Translations under genes and position numbers: made by a program
The notes under the pieces: generated by a model
Databases searched by the model: none
What the model was told of the DNA's origin: nothing
Seen by the model: the letters and a program-made list of their open reading frames with translations, nothing else
Assembly: GCF_000143415.4 (NCBI RefSeq)
Contig: NW_003314324.1
Location: forward strand, 472,011-536,010
Length of the DNA: 64,000 nucleotides
Source: Selaginella moellendorffii
Taxonomy: Eukaryota > Plantae > Lycopodiophyta
Direction of reading: 5' to 3'
In this document: piece by piece, positions 12,091 to 24,443 of the stretch
Position numbering within the stretch: position 1 is the first letter of the stretch
How the letters are laid out: every line of letters begins with the position of its first letter

Positions 12091-12431
12091 GCCACACATC
12101 CCTACCTGCCAGTCCATGCCTACCATAGGCCATCCAACCATAGCTCCAATACTCCCTACCTGCCAGTCCACGCCTACCATGTAAGCTGAATATGCCACAC
12201 ATCCCTACCTGCCAGTCCATGCCTACCACAGGCCATCCAACCATAGCTCCAATACTCCCTACCTGCCAGTCCACGCCTACCACAGGCCATCCAACCATAG
12301 CTCCAATATCATGTTGAAAAATGGATCTGGATAGGCCAAGGATTGAACCCAAGACCTCCTACACCGGTGCCAAGTGCTCTACCACTGAGCTATCTACCCT
12401 AGTTGTGTGCATATTCAGTTTAGTTCTAACA
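12050..12431 (-). mobile_element. Miniature LTR element (TRIM) with a tRNA-derived LTR
   Basis: Minus strand: 120-bp TGTTAG..TCAACA LTR (12431-12312), abutting PBS TGATATTGGAGC, short duplicated interior, PPT AGGGGAG (12077-12071), then a 21-bp deleted LTR remnant TGTAAGATCCATTTTCCAATA. Confidence 0.7.
12328..12399 (-). pseudogene. tRNA-like (pseudo-tRNA, Cys-like 5' half) Pol III unit inside the LTR
   Basis: GGGTAGA TA GCTC AGTGGTA GAGC A CTTGG CACCGGT GTAGG AGGTC TTGGG TTCAATC CTTGG CCTATCC A. A and B boxes, cloverleaf spacing, upstream CAA, downstream T5. Anticodon loop lacks U33. Confidence 0.8.
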
Positions 12432-13455
12432 CTGAAGTTGAAGCTCCCAATGCAACAAGGGCTTGTTGGTGGTGGTGAGCATTTGCAGCGATTGTTGGTG
12501 GCGAAATGATTTCCCAAAGTTCTTCCATCTACAACATGTGCATCATTTTCTTGGACCAGGTGTTGAACCCTCTCCTCCCATCAAAGGCAATGACTCCCTA
12601 AAGCAAGATCAATCCAACTTTGCAGCAGCTCGACAACAACTTGATCCTGGGGAACAAGCTATCTTGGAGAAGAAGGAATCTCGAGCAAAAGGATTGATTC
12701 TTTCTAAGCTTGCAGATGCCCTTATGATGTGTTTGTGTGATAAGAGTGCTTGTGAGATCTAGGCTCATCTTCACAACAAGTATGCTGTTCTTTCCCTCTC
12801 CAAGATCAGCATGGTCGAGACTTACATTCATAAGACCCATTTTCATCCAAGCAAGAACTTTGAAGAGTTCCTCGCCAAGATGCAAGATCTGTGGATGGAG
12901 CTTGAAGGCAGTCCAGCGGCGTTCAACGAAAGAAAGAAAGTTCTGGCGCTTTGCGAGGCCATGCAAGATTCTTCTTTTAGTTCTTTTGTCCCTACCATTC
13001 ACATGATGTTGCTAACCTTTGAACAAGCTGAGCAAACTTTAAGCTCGGAGCTGGCTGCGAGAGGTTTGATTGTGGACTTTGATCAGAGGCCTTCCCATGT
13101 TTTGATCTCATAGTCTACATCAAATGTTTCTGCATCAAGCAATCAGTTAGGGACTGATTCAGCTCTGTGGGCTGAAAATCATCAAGGCAGAGGAGGCTGT
13201 GGAAGAGGAGGACGAGGTAGAGGTCGCAGGTTTAGGGGAAATCTGCAACAGCAGCAGAATTCAAGGAATTCTGGTAAAGAAGTAGCAGTTTGAGATTGTT
13301 TTGTGGGCAAGAACAAACAGGAATGCAGGACCTATGGGATGCCAGGACACTACTCCAAGGATTGCCCAGTTGTAGCTTGGCTGTAGCACATGAACATAGG
13401 GCTCGTGGCAAATGCTCAGGAAGGGGAAACACAAGAACTTGCGGCATCATCTGAG

Positions 13456-16400
13456 TGTGAGACACAAAATCCCTAGGCCCCAAAGTGGAGCCGGAAGGGC
13501 GCCACATGGTAGTGGCCGAAGCGAGAGCCAAACGAGCGTAACACGTTTGGACCAAAAGCTCCGACTTGAAAAGTCAAGAGCGGGAGTGGAACTCCCAACG
13601 AAGTGCTCGAGGAACGAGCACGAAGCGAGCAAAAGGCGAGGCTCCAAAAAGGGACCCAAAAGGACCAACACATGACACGTGGGAGTGTCCGAGATGGACT
13701 CGAGTTGGAGTCCAAAGTGGAGTCCGAGATGGACCCGAGTTGGAGTCCAAAGTGGAGTCCGAGATGGACTCGAGTTGGAGTCCGAAGTGGAGTCCGAGAT
13801 GGACCCGAGTTGGAGTCCAAAGTGGAGTCCGAGATGGACCCGAGTTGGAGTCCGAAGTAGAGTCCGAGATGGACCCGAGATGGAGTCTGAGATGGAGTCC
13901 GAAGTGGAGTCCGAGATGGACCCGAGATGGAGTCCGAGATGGAGTCCGAGATGGACCCGAGATGGAGTCCGAGATGGACCCGAGATGGACCCGAGATGGA
14001 GTCCGAGATGGAGTCCGAGATGGAGTCCGAGATGGAGTCCGAAGTTGAGACCGAGACCGGGACCGAGACCGAGACCGGGACCGAGACCGAGACCGAGACC
14101 GAGATCGGGACCGAGACCGAGGCCGAGGCCGAGACCGAGCCCGAGCCCGAGTCCGAGTCCGAGTCCGAGTTCGAGTCCGAGTCCGAGTCCGAGTCTGAGT
14201 CCGAGTCCGGAGCCTGAGAGGGTGAAAGCCCAAAGCGTTCGTCTCCCAGACCCTGGGGGGTTTGGTGAGCTCCAAAAGTATAGTAGGGGGAGGACTGCAG
14301 TGGAGCCAGTTTGGCCAGGAAAGGCCAGTTTGGCCCAGGAAGGCCAGACCCAGTGTTGGGTGATGAACTGACCACTGGGAAGTCCAAGACTAGAGTGAAT
14401 ACGAACCGACAAGCGGGGTAGCTTGGTGAAGTGTTCAAGAGCCGGCTCTAGTTCCCCCGGGAGATCGACTGGCCGATGCTCCCAGTCCAAGTGTGGGTGG
14501 CACTACCTACTTGGGTACCTGGTGTGGCTCAACGGAACCCGCTCTAAGCCCATGGCTAGAGCACCCAAGGGTAGAAGGCGAGGAGAGTACCCAGGTGGCT
14601 CGCGTAAGGCCACGGTGTTCCGAAATGTTGTCCCAAAGGCCCAGACTGTGGAAAGGAAGAGGAGCAGTCCTCTGGGGTAGTGACCAAGGACGCAGTCACA
14701 CAGTGAGGAAGTCCTAGAGGATAGTGGGACTTAGTGGTCGGGCCGGTGGGCCTCGATCCAGTGGCAGTGTTGGCGAACACAGCCAAGGACAGAAAGGGAC
14801 TTGGTGGGGACTGGAACAGAGATATTGGGGAAGGCTATTCCCCATGTCTGTAGGCATCCTAAGGATGTCAAGGAGTGGATCTGGGATGATCACTCATGGA
14901 TGGATGACCCAGTCTTTGAGAGACGGGATTGGAATGTAGGTGGTGTTGGACCACCAGTGTGACCGAGGTAAATGGGCATGGCCTTAGCGTAACGGGCCGA
15001 TATGTCGGTGGTACCTTGGGGTGTCGATCATGGGATCGGACACGTGGAGCACTTGGACCAAGTGCTAAGGTTGAGTGGCATGGATGCCATTCTCGGGGCT
15101 AGCAAGCCCCAAGTCCTGAGTTGGGCTTATGGAGGTTGTGAATGAGACTCCTCCAAGTGGTCGGAGGTGTGGTTAAGTGACTAAAGTAGAATGGAAAAAT
15201 TAGTCGCTTACAACTTGGTATCGGAGTTGTTCCTTAGTCCGACTTTTATTGGTGCTCAAGTATATCACCACTAGTGTTGGCATCGGAAGGTCTGAGGAGT
15301 GGGCCTATCCTTGAGGAGTAGCAAGTCGGGAAGACATGGCTCTCCATTACAGTTCATGTGTGAACTTGTAGACGAGGTGGTGGATAGAAAAGGGCCAATA
15401 ATGGAACGACTTTGGGATCTTGGGAACAGTATATGGTTTTCCTCAAAGAGTTGAGGATGTGATCCAGATGAGTGTTTGACTTAGCAAACTGGCTAATGTA
15501 GTTGTAGTAAACAACTACAGTTGGGATCACGGGAAAGATAAAGACTCCAAAGCAATAAAGGAGTCACAAGATTTTCCTCATATAGTTGAGGTTGGTGCTC
15601 ATGAATGTGAGACCAGAAGTAATGACCGTGGGAGGCCAAATACGGAAGAGGACTCAAGTCCTTGAAAAGGTAGCCGGGGCTACCTCTAATAAATGCTGGA
15701 ACAACCCCAGGAGTTGGGGGTGTATTAGGTGGATGAGTTGGTGTTCTCATCACATGGACAAGTAGTCCTAAGGGGCAAAGGTTGCCCCCAGAGAACAAAA
15801 TCAAGTGTCGGAGTAACACTTGTGAAAATAGTCCTTTTGAGTAGGACAGGAATGCAAGAAATGTATTCCAGTGAGCTAGTGCCTCACAAGGAGGACCTTA
15901 CGGGTCTGTGGATTAACCAAGTCCAAAACTGTTGGATGACTCAAGTAGAGTCAACGGATGGTCCTAAAAGGACTGATGGAAGCATTTGGACTGAGGTGTG
16001 TTGTACCCCACAAAGGATGGGGGGGGATCATAGGATCCAAGGATGAGAACAGAGGGTATCTCATCGATGGCAATGTGCCATGCTAAAGTTATGGGAAAGG
16101 TGTTCCCAGAAGAAAACAACTTTGACATAAAGTTGTGTGTGACCTCTATGGGGCAGTGCTAACAGATGGTTGGCATGAGAAAGAGCGGTGTTGGTCTTGG
16201 CAAAGACTTAGACACGAAGGGAAATGTCATAGAGGTAGGCTCGTGGAGCCGATGGTGTGGAGACACCAAATGTGCCAAGGTGTGATACCTTGAGGCTATG
16301 TTGGTGGGTTCATGAGAACCCCTTGCTAAAGGAATCCCAATGGAAATGGGAATGGCATAGCCTAAGCTGCAAAGCATGCAGTTGGAGTGTGGTGACCCAG

Positions 16401-19400
16401 ATAGTGATGGAGGTGTGAAAGCACCAAGCAATGAGTTGTAGGACTTGACAACTATGAGGCAACTAAGCAAGAGGTGCAAAATAACTGATTAAACGGGTAG
16501 AAGGTAGCTACCCAAGACTTCTAGTATAGGGAAGTCGGATATACCCTTACGGGGGATAAGTTGCTTGTGTTGCGATATAGTAAGTCAATGTCATAAACGG
16601 AAATACTCATTGTCAAGAAAGCCATCATTGGGACACCCGAACACTCTAGAACACCAGAAGGTGGTGTTTGATGTCACGAGGGCAATGGATAAAGCCCAAG
16701 GGACTAAGTCCCTAGCGAATGATGGATAGAAGGTGCTATCCAAATGTCCAAGGTTGCGGAGACAGAAGAGAACTGTCTACCCGAGTTGGACAAAGCCAAA
16801 AATGGAATTTTGGCAAGGCTAGTGATGGGCATGTAAAGGCCCATAAGCAACAATGTAATCCCAGTGTGTGGGATTATAAGGTGAGCATACCCGGATTGAG
16901 GAACCACTCCCTAGGCTATTGGGTAGGTTCATCCCTAAGAATACTTGCTAAAGCATGATAGAAAGTGCGAAGCTATCCTCCTGGTCTGAAGGAGAATGAC
17001 CAAAGGAAAGGTGTGAAGCCAAAAAGCAAGAAGTAAGGGGAGAGAACCGAACCGTAGGAATCAAAGGGCATAACCAAGGTTGGTTATGCCAGCTGGGAGT
17101 GGAGAATCAAGTGGGGACTCGAGGGTGTTGCCGCTAGCAACCGTGATGCCATGGAGAGTCTAAAATATGGAATTGTCCATGTTAGACTATGTGGCATTTG
17201 GAAGGCTTGCAAAAAGGGAGGCCGTAGCAAGCTGAGGGACAGAGTTCCTTCAAGGTTCCCAAAGACGATTCTAGGTAGCTTAGTACCTAGAAAGGCCAAG
17301 TGTAAATGGTTCATGGAACGCGCGAAATCAGAGTGGCGCAGCAGAAGCGTGGTCTTGAAGCTTGCCATGAGGCAAGGCTATCAAAGTTAGGGAAGTAGTT
17401 CCCGAGTGTTCAAAGAGAGGGCTTTGAATGAAAGTCGATGGTCAAGGACTGTCACGCTTATGCAGGAACCATGTTACAGTGGTCGGAGGACTTGCCAAGC
17501 AAGATTGGCACGTCAGGGGAACAAATACCCTAGTTGAAGGTGATAACTTCAAAAAGGGTGGGCCATGGGGCCGAGCATGGAGGAGTCCATGCATGATCAC
17601 AGACATGTCAAGTGAGAGGACTTGGCAGTGTGGAGGAACTAGGTTCCTAAGCTGTGATCTGTAGCGCACTTTAAAAATAAGTTGGTGCACCGGCATGGGG
17701 AGTCACGCCAGGCATCTTGTGTGATGCCATCCGTAGATGCATATACGGAGGTTGGGTTCGAGTCCCGACCCTCTAGTGCTTGGGTTCGAGTCCCAAATCA
17801 TTAGGGCGTGGTGATGGTTTGGAATATGAGGACACTCATATTTCGGTGGTCATGGACTCTCAGTGGGGAGACTGGTTTGGGCACACCGCCAAGCGAGGGA
17901 TGCCTCGGAGTCGTGATGCACGGTTAGATTGCTTAGTGTGAAAGCTCAGCATATCTAACTTGAACACTTTGGTGCAAGTGGCACCAAGGTCGTGGTGAGT
18001 GAGATGGGGACACCTAATCTCAGTTGCTATGAACCCTTGGCCGTAAGGGCTAGCTTGGGTGCACCGCCAAGTGTGGGGGATGCCCCCGGGGTTATAGTCA
18101 ACAACTTGGAGGTCTAGAAAACCAAGTACCTCTTGGCAACTCTGTTAAGGTGCCAAGGTGAGATCACTAGGTGATCTTATGGCCAGATAAGGACAAGGTC
18201 CTTGGTTGGCTAAGGAATGAAGTTCCTGGTTCAAAATGTTGAAATTAAACTGTTTAAGGTGGTGTGGCTTGGTCGTGATAACCAAGTGGGAAGAGCACCT
18301 AAGGGAAATAAACTATGTCCGTGCGATGGCATAGTGAGTCCGAGGAAAGTAGTCTCTATAAAAGACCCATGGGAGGGTCACGAAGTTGGGCCGTGGATAG
18401 AGCCTATAGCAGAAGATGCTAAAGAGACGTACTAGGGGTGAACATCCTCCGGACTTGGCAAAGAAGAGTCTTTGCTATGGAACCGAAACAATACCTCAAG
18501 GAGGGAGGTAGAGATTCGATGTTGCTTGGTGCAACAATCAACGGATAGGAGCAAAAGATGAGTGGCCAAGATAGGGCCGTGGAATCCCTTGGAAGGAATC
18601 CAAGTGACAAAGTTAGGCGAGGAACACTAATGTGTTGGATGCTAACAAGTTGCGGGAAAGGAAGTGTGTTTCCAAGGAGGGATTCCGAAATGCTCCGATT
18701 TGGCGAAAGTGGAAGCTCCAAGGGAGGGAGCGGTAAGGTAGCCAAATGATAGGGCCATGAACAGCCCTAGCACAAAGTATGATAACTAGAACTTTGGCAC
18801 GAAATAGAAGAGAGGATGATGGTGCCCTCGAGTAGAGAACTTCCTAGGATGGGAAGTGGAGTTGCACAAAAGGTGCAAGGCAAGGTGTCGGAGACATCTA
18901 GGAAATTGACTCCAAGAAGTCAAAATTCAAAGTTCCAAAGTGCAAAGGTTATATCGATGGAAATTGAGACTACTCGAGAAGGAGTAGTGGGATTGACTTA
19001 GAGAAGGGTCTCTAAGAGGTTTAGCGAGAACTAAACCAATAAAAGGAGAGAACCACTATATGTGGTCCAATCAGTCTCTAAGTTGGAGAGACTACCCTCC
19101 TTAGAGGATATGCAAAAGGCATGGTGAGCCTTCAATGTCCAACCATTGACGAATATGGAGAAGGCATGGTGAGCCTTCAATGTCACACCATTGACAAATA
19201 TTGGCTATGCGCCAAGGATGGAAATGGTAACACATGCGGGTGTTACTTTATAAAATGGTTCACCGTTCGATGAGGACATCGAACTTCGTCTATGGGTGGT
19301 GGAGTTGTGAGACACAAAATCCCTAGGCTCCAAAGTGGAGCCGGAAGGGCGCCACATGGTAGTGGCCGAAGCGAGAGCCAAACGAGCGTAACACGTTTGG

Positions 19401-21092
19401 ACCAAAAGCTCCGACTTGAAAAGTCAAGAGCGGGAGTGGAACTCCCAACGAAGTGCTCGAGGAACGAGCACGAAGCGAGCAAAAGGCGAGGCTCCAAAAA
19501 GGGACCCAAAAGGACCAACACATGACACGTGGGAGTGTCCGAGATGGACTCGAGTTGGAGTCCGAAGTGGAGTCCGAGATGGACCCGAGTTGGAGTCCAA
19601 AGTGGAGTCCGAGATGGACTCGAGTTGGAGTCCGAAGTGGAGTCCGAGATGGACCCGAGTTGGAGTCCAAAGTGGAGTCCGAGATGGACCCGAGTTGGAG
19701 TCCGAAGTAGAGTCCGAGATGGACCCGAGATGGAGTCCGAGATGGAGTCCGAAGTGGAGTCCGAGATGGACCCGAGATGGAGTCCGAGATGGAGTCCAAG
19801 ATGGGACCCGAGATGGACCCGAGATGGAGTCCGAGATGGACCCGAGATGGACCCGAGATGGAGTCTAAGATGGAGTACGAGATGGAGTCCAAGATGGAGT
19901 CCGAAGTCGAGACCGAGACCGGGACCGAGACCGAGACCGGGACCGAGACCGAGACCGAGACCGAGATCGGGACCGAGACCGAGACCGAGGCCGAGGCCGA
20001 GACCGAGCCCGAGCCCGAGTCCGAGTCCGAATCCGAGTCTGAGTCCGAGTCCGAGTCCGAGTCCGAGTCCGAGTCTGAGTCCGAGTCCGGAGCCTGAGAG
20101 GGTGAAAGCCCAAAGCGTTCGTCTCCCAGACCCTGGGGGGTTTGGTGAGCTCCAAAAGTATAGTAGGGGGAGGACTGCAGTGGAGCCAGTTTGGCCAGGA
20201 AAGGCCAGTTTGGCCCAGGAAGGCCAGACCCAGTGTTGGGTGATGAACTGACCACTGGGAAGTCCAAGACTAGAGTGAATACGAACCGACAAGCGGGGTA
20301 GCTTGGTGAAGTGTTCAAGAGCCGACTCTAGTTCCCCCGGGAAATCGACTGGCCGATGCTCCCAGTCCAAGTGTGGGTGGCACTACCTACTTGGGTACCT
20401 GGTGTGGCTCAACGGAACCCGCTCTAAGCCCATGGCTAGAGCACCCAAGGGCAGAAGGCGAGGAGAGTACCCAGGTGGCTCGCGTAAGGCCACGGTGTTC
20501 CGAAATGTTGTCCCAAAGGCCCAGACTGTGGAAAGGAAGAGGAGCAGTCCTCTGGGGTAGTGACCAAGGACACAGTCACATAGTGAGGAAGTCCTAGAGG
20601 ATAGTGGGACTTAGTGGTCGGGCCGGTGGGCCTCGATCCAGTGGCAGTGTTGGCGAACACAGCCAAGGACAGAAAGGGACTTGGTGGGGACTGGAATAGA
20701 GATATTGGGGAAGGCTATTCCCCATGTCTATAGGCATCCTAAGGATGTCAAGGAGTGGATCTGGGATGATCACTCATGGATGGACGACCCAGTCTTTGAG
20801 AGACGGGATTGGAATGTAGGTGGTGTTGGACCACCAGTGTGACCGAGGTAAATGGGCATGGCCTTAGCGTAACGGGCCGATATGTCGGTGGTACCTTGGG
20901 GTGTCGATCATGGGATCGGACACGTGGAGCACTTGGACCAAGTGCTAAGGTTGAGTGGCATGGATGCCATTCTCGGGGCTAGCAAGCCCCAAGTCCTGAG
21001 TTGGGCTTATGGAGGTTGTGAATGAGACTCCTCCAAGTGGTCGGAGGTGTGGTTAAGTGACTAAAGTAGAATGGAAAAATTAGTCGCTTACA
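13456..21092 (+). mobile_element. Young non-autonomous LTR retrotransposon (LARD-like), family C; LTRs 13456-15212 and 19306-21092
   Basis: Near-identical ~1.77-kb TGTGAG..CTTACA LTRs. Perfect TSD CTGAG (13451-13455, 21093-21097). PBS TGGTATCGGAG at 15216-15226. No long ORF in the 4.1-kb interior. Confidence 0.95.
13687..14210. repeat. 12-mer/6-mer satellite (ccgagatggagt, ccgaga, ccgagt) in the 5' LTR; copy at 19537-20090
   Basis: Directly visible. It explains the low-complexity ORFs in all frames. Confidence 0.95.
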
Positions 21093-24000
21093 CTGAGGTA
21101 GTAGTTCCAAACGTTTCTGAAAAACTGACCATCAATTTAGGTTCAGAGAGACACTTGATGCAAAGCCAATTGAACTTTGTGTAGTTGTGTGCTGCAAAAG
21201 AGAAGTGCATTCGTGTGGGAGATGGAAGCATTTTACCTGTTTGCACAACTGAGGATGTGCGAGTTCCACTGGGAATAAAGTCTCTACTCTTGAAGAATGC
21301 GTGGTATGTTCCAAAGATAGTGAAGAATCTGGTTTCTATAGCCAAGCTTACGGATGATGGTCTGGATGTGAATTTCTCCAAACATCAATGTAAAGTTCTT
21401 GCAAATGGTTGTCCATTACTGCATTTTCCCAAATGTGGTCACTTGTTTGAGAAGGAGATAGCTTCTAGAGAAAAAATCAAACGCTCCTGAGATATGCATG
21501 ACTGTAGATAGTTCTCTTTGGCATGCTCAACTTGCACATGCCAATCCCCCTCTCATCAGGTGTATGCAGAAGCAGGAGCGTGTGGATGGCTTCAACGACC
21601 ATGTTCTTCAAAGTTCAGTAAAATGTCATACTTGCATTTTTGGCAAGCAAACCTGTTGTACTTTCAAACCTGCTGTGATCAGAAGCACTCATCCGTTGCA
21701 GCTCGTTCACTCAGATGTTTGTGGACCCATGCAATTATTTGCTCAGAATGGTGTGAAGTATTTTGTGACATTTACAAATGATTTCTCCAGGCACACAAAC
21801 GTCTTTGTCACAAAGATGAAGTCTTCAGCAAATTCAAGCAATTTGTAGCAAAAGCCGAAGTGAAAACTGGTTAGAGGGTTTGTTGTTTACATACTAATTC
21901 AGGAGGGGAATACGTCAACAAGTCCTTCAGCAATTCTGTGCTGAACAAGGAATTCTTCATCAGCGCTCTTGCTCTCATACCCCTCAACAGAATGGAGTCT
22001 CTGAGTGCAAGAACAGGACAATCATGAACGTAGTTCGGTGCTTCCTTCAAGAATTAAGACTACCAAAATTCCTTTGGGCTGAAGCAGTTGGATCAGCTGT
22101 GCATGTTCAAAACCTCCTCTCTCATTCTTGCAATCCCAACAAGATCCTAGAAGAGCTTTGGACTGGTCAAAGACAATCAGTAGTGCATCTCAAGTGTTTT
22201 GGTTGTTTAAGCTTTGCAATATGGGTCTCAGCAAGTTGGAGAGCAGAAGCAAGCTGACCTTTCTTGTTGGATATGACTCCAATTCAAAAGGATATTGCCT
22301 GTACCAGCCTGGTAATCATCAAATTTTTGTAAGCACTGATGTTCGTTTTGATGAAGGAACACTCTACAAAGATTGCATTCAAAAAAAAGGAAGCTCAAAT
22401 CAAAATGTGAACTAGGCTCCAGAAGAATGGAGTTGGGATGGTGTTAGAGATGTTGATGAAGATGACGATGATCTGACAATCATCTATCCCTCATCTCCTT
22501 CACCATTCAACACCAATCTCTAGATCTTTTCACGCACGATGAGCAGCATCATCCTGTTCTTCAAGAAGAACTGGAGAAGTCAAAGTTGACAGGCTCACAC
22601 GTGATCTACCATTCAACATGGAGAACTATGGGTGGACATCATCTGGATGATCAAACAGAGCACCTCATCCCAAGCAGTGGTCTTTTGTAGCAATAGAAAT
22701 AGCTTCTAAACTAGTCAACTTTGAGCAGGCGATTCAAGCTCCTGATGCAGATAAGTGGATTTCAGCAATGCAAGATGAGTTGGATTCTCTTGATGAGAAC
22801 CAAACTTATGACTTGGTGGAAGCTTTTGAAGGACGTGAAATTGTCAGATCATATTGGGTGTTCAAGCTTCACAGAAATCCTGATGGATCGGTTCAGCGTT
22901 ACAAGGCTAGACTTGTTGCTCAAGGATATTCACAAGTTCTTGGAGTGGATTTTGATGACACGTTCTCACCAATTGTGAAGCAGACAAGTATCAGAATGCT
23001 TTTGGCTTTTTCAGCGGAGTTTGGTTTGCACGCACTTCACATGGACATAAAAAAAACTTTCCTTAATGGGAACTTGGAGGAGATATTTATGCGGCGGCTT
23101 TGTGCTTTTTAGATCATGGCGCTCCAAACTCATCTGCAAGCTTCGCAAAGCTCTTTATGGCCTTAAGCAAGCTTCTTGTCAGTAGTATGAATGTTTGGAT
23201 TCTTTTCTTACGGATCTCGATATACAAATGTTGAACAGTGATAGAAATCTATATCTTCTTCAACATGGTGATCACTTTGTTGTGATGGCAGTTTATGTGG
23301 ATGACTATTTGATTGTCAGCAACAATGACACTGTTTTTAAGGATGTGAAGATCAAGCTCATGGACAAGTTTGTGATGAAGGACTTAGGAGTTGTGAGGCA
23401 GCTGTTAGGGATGGAAGTTGATAGGGATGAAGCAGACAGGACAATCACCCTCACACAGCACCAATATGTAAAGAAGCTTCTCAACCAGTTCAACATGACA
23501 AATTGCAAATCTGTGGCTACACCAGTCATCATTGGCATCAATTTCACAAGCAAGATGGATGATTTATTTGATCAGCCCTCAGGCTACAGATTGCTTGTTG
23601 GAGGACTACTCTACCTCACCAACATGACTCACCCCGACATCTCCTTTGCCGTTGGTCTCCTCAGCCGATAAATGCAGTCTCCGAGTTGTTATCATTGACA
23701 GATGGCAAAGAGAGTTTTGAGGTATTTGAAAGGAACAGCTGCTCATGGATTGGTTTATAAATGTTCAGGTTAGTCCAAACTTGTTCTTCAAGCTTACTGC
23801 GATGCAGATTGGGCTGGCAACTTGGATACACGATATTCAACCTTCGGAATTTGCTACATAATTGCTAGTGCTCTAGTTTCATGGGGAAGCAAGAAGCAAA
23901 TGATAGTTGCTCTTTCCAGTGCAGAAGCAGAGTACGTAGCTGCCAGTAAAGCAGCAAGGGAAATCATCTGGCTTCGTCAATTACTTGGAGAACTCAATCA

Positions 24001-24443
24001 ATAGCAATCAGATGTGACCATTCTACATTGCGACAGCAGAAATGCAATCACCATATCAAAGAATCTTGTGTTTCATGCTCATATGAAACATATAGACGTG
24101 TAGCATCACTTTATTTGCGAATGTGTAGCAGCTAGAGATCTTTATCTGGAATACATTCCTTCATAGTATCAATTGGCAGACCTTCTAACCAAGCCACTTT
24201 CAGAGCTCACATTCATCAAGCTGAGGAATCAACTTGGAGTGTCAAGTGCCCTCAGCTTGAAGGGGGAGTGTAGGAATAATGATGAACATGATAAGCAAGA
24301 TGATTCATATAAGAAGTAGTCTGAATCGTGATCAAATCTCTAGTGATTTTCAATTTGATTGAAGTTGTATATATATACACCCATACATGAATCAACGTGT
24401 GTGTTGAAGTGAAATCCGTTGTTCTTACTCCGCTTTTCTTTCA

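Larger units (their letters stand above)
12449..24443 (+). mobile_element. Decayed Ty1/copia element (gag 12449-13455; pol 21093-24268; 3' LTR 24269-24443)
   Basis: gag with Zn knuckle (ECRTYGMPGHYSKDC), GAG-pre-integrase (LWHAQLAH), integrase HSDVCGP, RT RYKARLVAQGY and VYVDD, RNase H YCDADWAG and SSAEAEY. PPT AGGGGGAG then TG..CA. Many stops and frameshifts; 5' LTR not seen. Confidence 0.92.

Noticed and set aside
11590-12310. CRISPR-like repeat array
   Set aside because: No unique spacers, no cas genes, eukaryotic context; these are tandem duplications.
12328-12399. Functional tRNA-Arg(CCG)
   Set aside because: No U33, weak anticodon and T stems, and embedded in an LTR-like unit.
13447-14490. 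Long ORFs with GLGLG/SDSD/RSRS/ETET repeats (also 19243-20370, 34728-35001)
   Set aside because: Stop-free translations of the 6/12-mer LTR satellite in every frame; no evidence of protein coding.
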